64,000 nucleotides of DNA from assembly GCA_965214705.1 (NCBI GenBank), contig CBDCCI010000002.1:288001-352000 (forward strand), written 5' to 3'. Shown here piece by piece: positions 60,670 through 64,000 of this stretch; the stretch's first letter is position 1, and the number at the start of each line of letters is the position of its first letter. The DNA is from Alphaproteobacteria bacterium (GTDB lineage Bacteria > Pseudomonadota > Alphaproteobacteria > UBA828). Position numbers and translations under genes: made by a program. The notes beneath the pieces were generated by a model. The model made no database searches and was not told the DNA's origin. It saw only the letters and a list, made by a program, of their open reading frames with translations.

Positions 60670-61712
60670 TTGCGTTCTCCTTCGCTCTCGAATGCAGGGA
60701 ACCCCGGAACCTCGTTCCGCTCCCGGAACGCAAGCCGCGTCTCGCGGCCGTCGCGGCTGACCAGCGCGTAGGGCACGTCGGGGAACCGGTAGGCCCAGCG
60801 CCCGCCAGCGCCGCGCTCCGCCGCCCATGGCCCCGGCGAGAGCAGATCGGCCCGCGACACGAGCAGCAGGTCGGTGCCGAGCAGCCACGCCCGGTCGCCG
60901 GGATCCCCGCCGTCGACCTCCAGGCGCTCCGCGCCCGGTGGGGCGATCCCGCCCAGAAGGTCCAGCAGCACCCCGTCCCCGGCGTGGAAACCGGCCTGCG
61001 CCGCGACTTCCGGCATGGCGTTGGGTCCGCGCAGGCTCAGCCTGATCTCGACCCGGAAGTCCGCTTCCGCGCCGCCGCCCCGAACGATCGCCGCCAGCGG
61101 CTCGGCCAGGCCGTGCAGCTTCACGACCGCGTTGCCGTGCAGGGAGCGCGCCTGCGGGGCCAAATAGAGGAGGTGACTCGCCGCCGGTCCGCTTCCGCCG
61201 CCGGCCACCCCGGTCGTCTCCGGCACGACGGTCCCGGACAGAACTGTCTCGGACAGGACTGTCTCGGACAGAAACCGGCCATCCACCAGCACCCGTTCGA
61301 TCGGCCAGGGTGCGCCGGTGGCGTCGGTGAACGAGACCGCCGTCACGTAGCCCTTGCGTACCGCGATCGAGGGGATCGCACCCTCGCCGGGAGCGCCGAT
61401 GAGCACCCGCCTGATTCGGCCTTCCGGCGGCGAACCGCCGCCGAGCGCCACCGCCGCCTGCGTCTCCCGCAGCAGGTGTCCCAGCGCCTCGATCTGGTCC
61501 GCCGTGAACGGCATCGCCGCCCGGCCCTCGCGCGCGACGTCCTCGTCCGGCGCCGCGTGCTCCATCCACAGGGATTCGCCCTGGTACAGGGGATCGCCCT
61601 GATGAACCTCGCCGCCGCCGTCCCGGCCGCTATCGGCGGAGACCGATGTCACCGGTGCGGCGGCCAGCAACAGGGATATGGCAAGAGCGGCTCTCAAGGT
61701 TCGTCTCCTCAT
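60666..61712 (-). CDS. dotH: DotH/IcmK/TraN
   Basis: PG...GYVTAVSFTDATGAPWPI, GNAVV, GPNA, LLSP. Confidence 0.88.
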   Translation of the reverse strand: MRRRTLRAALAISLLLAAAPVTSVSADSGRDGGGEVHQGDPLYQGESLWMEHAAPDEDVAREGRAAMPFTADQIEALGHLLRETQAAVALGGGSPPEGRIRRVLIGAPGEGAIPSIAVRKGYVTAVSFTDATGAPWPIERVLVDGRFLSETVLSETVLSGTVVPETTGVAGGGSGPAASHLLYLAPQARSLHGNAVVKLHGLAEPLAAIVRGGGAEADFRVEIRLSLRGPNAMPEVAAQAGFHAGDGVLLDLLGGIAPPGAERLEVDGGDPGDRAWLLGTDLLLVSRADLLSPGPWAAERGAGGRWAYRFPDVPYALVSRDGRETRLAFRERNEVPGFPAFESEGERK

Positions 61713-62353
61713 TGCGCCGGCCTCCGCTTGTCCGCGATCAGCTGTGCGATGCCGATGCCGGCGGGCCGCTCGGAGAGCGGCACCCGCATCACCAGGACAC
61801 GCGCAAGCAGGTCCTGGCTCACGCTGCGCGCGCCCGCCGCGAAGGTCACCAGAAGCGGGAACTCGATGGCCCAGCCGAGACGCCCCTCGAAGTAGCGCGT
61901 CTCCGTCACCACCGGCGCGCCTTGCGCCACCGCAGAGGCCACCTGCAGGTTGTCCCTTAGCCGGTCCAGGAACAGGCTCTCCTCCAGCCCCTTCAGGAAG
62001 GACTCGTAGCCCTCGTCGGTGAAGCTCTCGCGCACCGAGGCGAGCCTGAGCCGCCAGTCGTGGTGGCCGAGGGTGAAGGCCTCGGTGACCGCCGAGACGG
62101 TCCAGTTCCTGAGCGCCGCGTCGGACATGATCGGATCGTCGAGCGGGGTCAGCGGCACCAGCTTGCCGTCCGGCGTGGCGGCGACGGTGATGTAGACGGT
62201 GGAGTGGAGCGCCACGTATGCGCCGAATATGGCCAGCGTGAGCGCGTTGCAGAGCAGCAGCCAGACTGCGGCCCTGCGCCAGCCGCGGTGCTGGTCGCGG
62301 TGGAAGGCGAAGCGGTTGACCGCATGCCTGACGGCGCGCGACCGTTCACTCAT
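61709..62353 (-). CDS. dotI: DotI/IcmL/TraM
   Basis: ATPDGKLVPLTPLDDP...FTDEGYESF...GIGIAQ. Confidence 0.9.
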   Translation of the reverse strand: MSERSRAVRHAVNRFAFHRDQHRGWRRAAVWLLLCNALTLAIFGAYVALHSTVYITVAATPDGKLVPLTPLDDPIMSDAALRNWTVSAVTEAFTLGHHDWRLRLASVRESFTDEGYESFLKGLEESLFLDRLRDNLQVASAVAQGAPVVTETRYFEGRLGWAIEFPLLVTFAAGARSVSQDLLARVLVMRVPLSERPAGIGIAQLIADKRRPAQ

Positions 62354-63401
62354 CGGCCGAGCCCTCCAGCCAGGAATCGACGTCTTCAACGTCTCCGACC
62401 CGCTGCGCGACGCGGCCGTCCCCCGCCCGCCAGGCGATCAGCGGAACCGCGCCGGCGCCCCACGCATCGAACAGGGCGTTGTTGCGGGCGATCCGGCGCC
62501 CGCCCTCCGGGCTCGCCCGCTCGTCCGGTCCTTCGAACCAGGCCAGCGCCGGATCGGAGCCGGACGCGATGGCGGCGGCCTCGCGGGCCGAGGCGGCGCC
62601 GAGCACGCCCACCGGGATCACCCGCAGCCGCAGGCGTCCGTCGAGTGCGGCACGCACCAGCCGTGTGACCGCCGCGCGCGACCAGCGGCAGGCGGGATCG
62701 GCGAACACCACCGCCGCCGGGCCGCTCCGCCCGACCGAAAAGCCGAAGGCGGAATGGGATCGCGCGAGCAGCGCCTCCGCGTACCAAGGAGTTCCCTTGT
62801 CGGGTACCTGCGGCTCGCCGCCCTCGGCGTGAGCCAGGCGGAACGCTGCGGCATCGGAGATATCGCCCCTGTCTGCCTTGCCGGTTCCGCGTCCCTCGAA
62901 CCCGGCGACGTAAACTGGAAGGACATCGGTCTCGCCGTCGCGAGCCGCCTCATGGCCGGACCGTCCGCCGGAGACGGAGCTCTCCCCGTTCGGCGTGGCG
63001 CGAGACACGCGCCGCGCCACATACGTCTCGACGGCGCTTCCGCTTGAGATACCCTCGGAAGCGAGTTGGCGGCCGGTGAGCAGGGCTCCGTCGGGACCGT
63101 AGAGCAGACCCGCGACCGCATGGCCGTCCGGCGTCAGGTAGAGGCTGTAGGCGTCGCCGTCCGCCGGCTCCACCAGGCGCCCGTCGAGACCGCCCCGCTT
63201 GCCCAGCGGCAGGACGCGCGCGCCGTTCGCGCGCAGGGCCGCGACCACGGCCGGTTCCGGCCTCTCCACGGCCGACAGGTCAATCGGCGGCCGCGGCCAC
63301 CGGTCCGGCAACGACAGCACCGCGATGCACGCCGCCAGGCCCCCGAGGCATCCCGCCAGGAGAGGCCCGAGAGACCGCATCGGCGCTCCCGCGCGCCTCA
63401 T
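62346..63401 (-). CDS. DsbG-like thioredoxin-fold protein (CxxS)
   Basis: YLTPDG.AVAGLLY, VFADPACRWS, IPVGVL, GAVP. Confidence 0.78.
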   Translation of the reverse strand: MRRAGAPMRSLGPLLAGCLGGLAACIAVLSLPDRWPRPPIDLSAVERPEPAVVAALRANGARVLPLGKRGGLDGRLVEPADGDAYSLYLTPDGHAVAGLLYGPDGALLTGRQLASEGISSGSAVETYVARRVSRATPNGESSVSGGRSGHEAARDGETDVLPVYVAGFEGRGTGKADRGDISDAAAFRLAHAEGGEPQVPDKGTPWYAEALLARSHSAFGFSVGRSGPAAVVFADPACRWSRAAVTRLVRAALDGRLRLRVIPVGVLGAASAREAAAIASGSDPALAWFEGPDERASPEGGRRIARNNALFDAWGAGAVPLIAWRAGDGRVAQRVGDVEDVDSWLEGSADE

Positions 63402-63862
63402 CGTCCCTCTCCTGCGAAGGGCGCCCGATGAAGGACCGCGAGCGTTCGCCCGTCGGGCCTGAGCTCGCCCGCCGGCGGATGCGGCATATGGGAGAGCGAA
63501 GAGAACAACGCCCGCGTCGCCTCCTCGAAGGAACCGCGGAAAGCCCTCCCCTCGTGCAGCCGGTAGCGGCGGTCGGTGAGGAACAGCACCTCCATGCCGG
63601 CGCGCCCTGCCCAGCGGTCCAGAACCTCCCGCAGCATCTCGTTGGGATGAACGCGCCATCGGCCGGAGCCCGGCTTTGCCGCTGTGGTCTCGTCTGCAGC
63701 AATCCGGGCGTCGCCGCTTGCATCGGAGTCCAGCGCCCGCTCCGGTTCCGTACCGCCGCCGGCGTCGACCGCGTTCGGCGACGTCCCGTCCTGCGGCACA
63801 TAGAGGAAGCCGGCATGTCCGGCCGTGGACAGGCACGCCGTTGCCAACGCCACTGCCGCCAT
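63398..63862 (-). CDS. TcpQ/PilL-like domain protein
   Basis: Signal peptide; W.V...LREVLDRWA..AG...F.GSFEEA. Confidence 0.7.
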   Translation of the reverse strand: MAAVALATACLSTAGHAGFLYVPQDGTSPNAVDAGGGTEPERALDSDASGDARIAADETTAAKPGSGRWRVHPNEMLREVLDRWAGRAGMEVLFLTDRRYRLHEGRAFRGSFEEATRALFSSLSHMPHPPAGELRPDGRTLAVLHRAPFAGEGR

Positions 63863-64000
63863 CAGCCGAAGTCCACGAAACGCCGCGCGCGCCTGGCGTG
63901 GAGGGCCGTGCGCCGTCCGGCCAGCCTTGCGCGCACCGCCCTCAGCGCCGCGTGAAGCCGGTAGCCTCTGGCTTCCGCCACCCTCAGGGCGGTCCCTGCG
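63862..64000 (-). CDS. Partial upstream tra gene (3' end)
   Basis: Open frame ending ...RRFVDFG*, with the stop overlapping the next ATG. Confidence 0.4.
   Translation of the reverse strand, partial: AGTALRVAEARGYRLHAALRAVRARLAGRRTALHARRARRFVDFG

Overview
GC-rich, alphaproteobacterial-like accessory DNA from a conjugative element (ICE or plasmid); host is inferred from gene content and GC only. Right part (44.3-64 kb, minus strand): a Dot/Icm-like (type IVB/MPF-I) mating-pair cluster (TcpQ-like, DsbG-like, dotI, dotH, dotG, icmC-like, pilin, icmB, ssb, traW-like, dotA), followed by a degenerate HD protein, a TrwB/TraD coupling protein and a MOB-F relaxase. Middle: two paralogous, diverging leading-region-type modules (ssb, toprim in one copy only, small ORF, DUF2493/SLOG, long non-coding region, RHH-like gene). 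Between and beside them lie tandem tyrosine integrases and decaying defence-like genes: a sacsin-like HATPase-DUF3883 gene, a PD-(D/E)XK gene, DUF4268, and a cold-shock/ATPase/PRTase fusion. A MazEF-type pair and two lipoproteins follow the second module. Mobile elements are heavily nested: two copies of an integrase+IS91-type element (one carrying an IS1634), a RIT trio hit by an IS110 and by a second integrase+IS91-type element, and a MITE. The most unusual signals are (1) a covarying long hairpin with repeated CCGT/CGCACCA internal loops upstream of both DUF2493 genes, (2) an 18-bp DNA motif embedded in five tra genes in different frames and orientations, (3) the in-frame 2xCSD-ATPase-PRTase fusion, and (4) readable candidate bridge-RNA guides in the IS110. 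All family calls are from motif recognition, not database searches.
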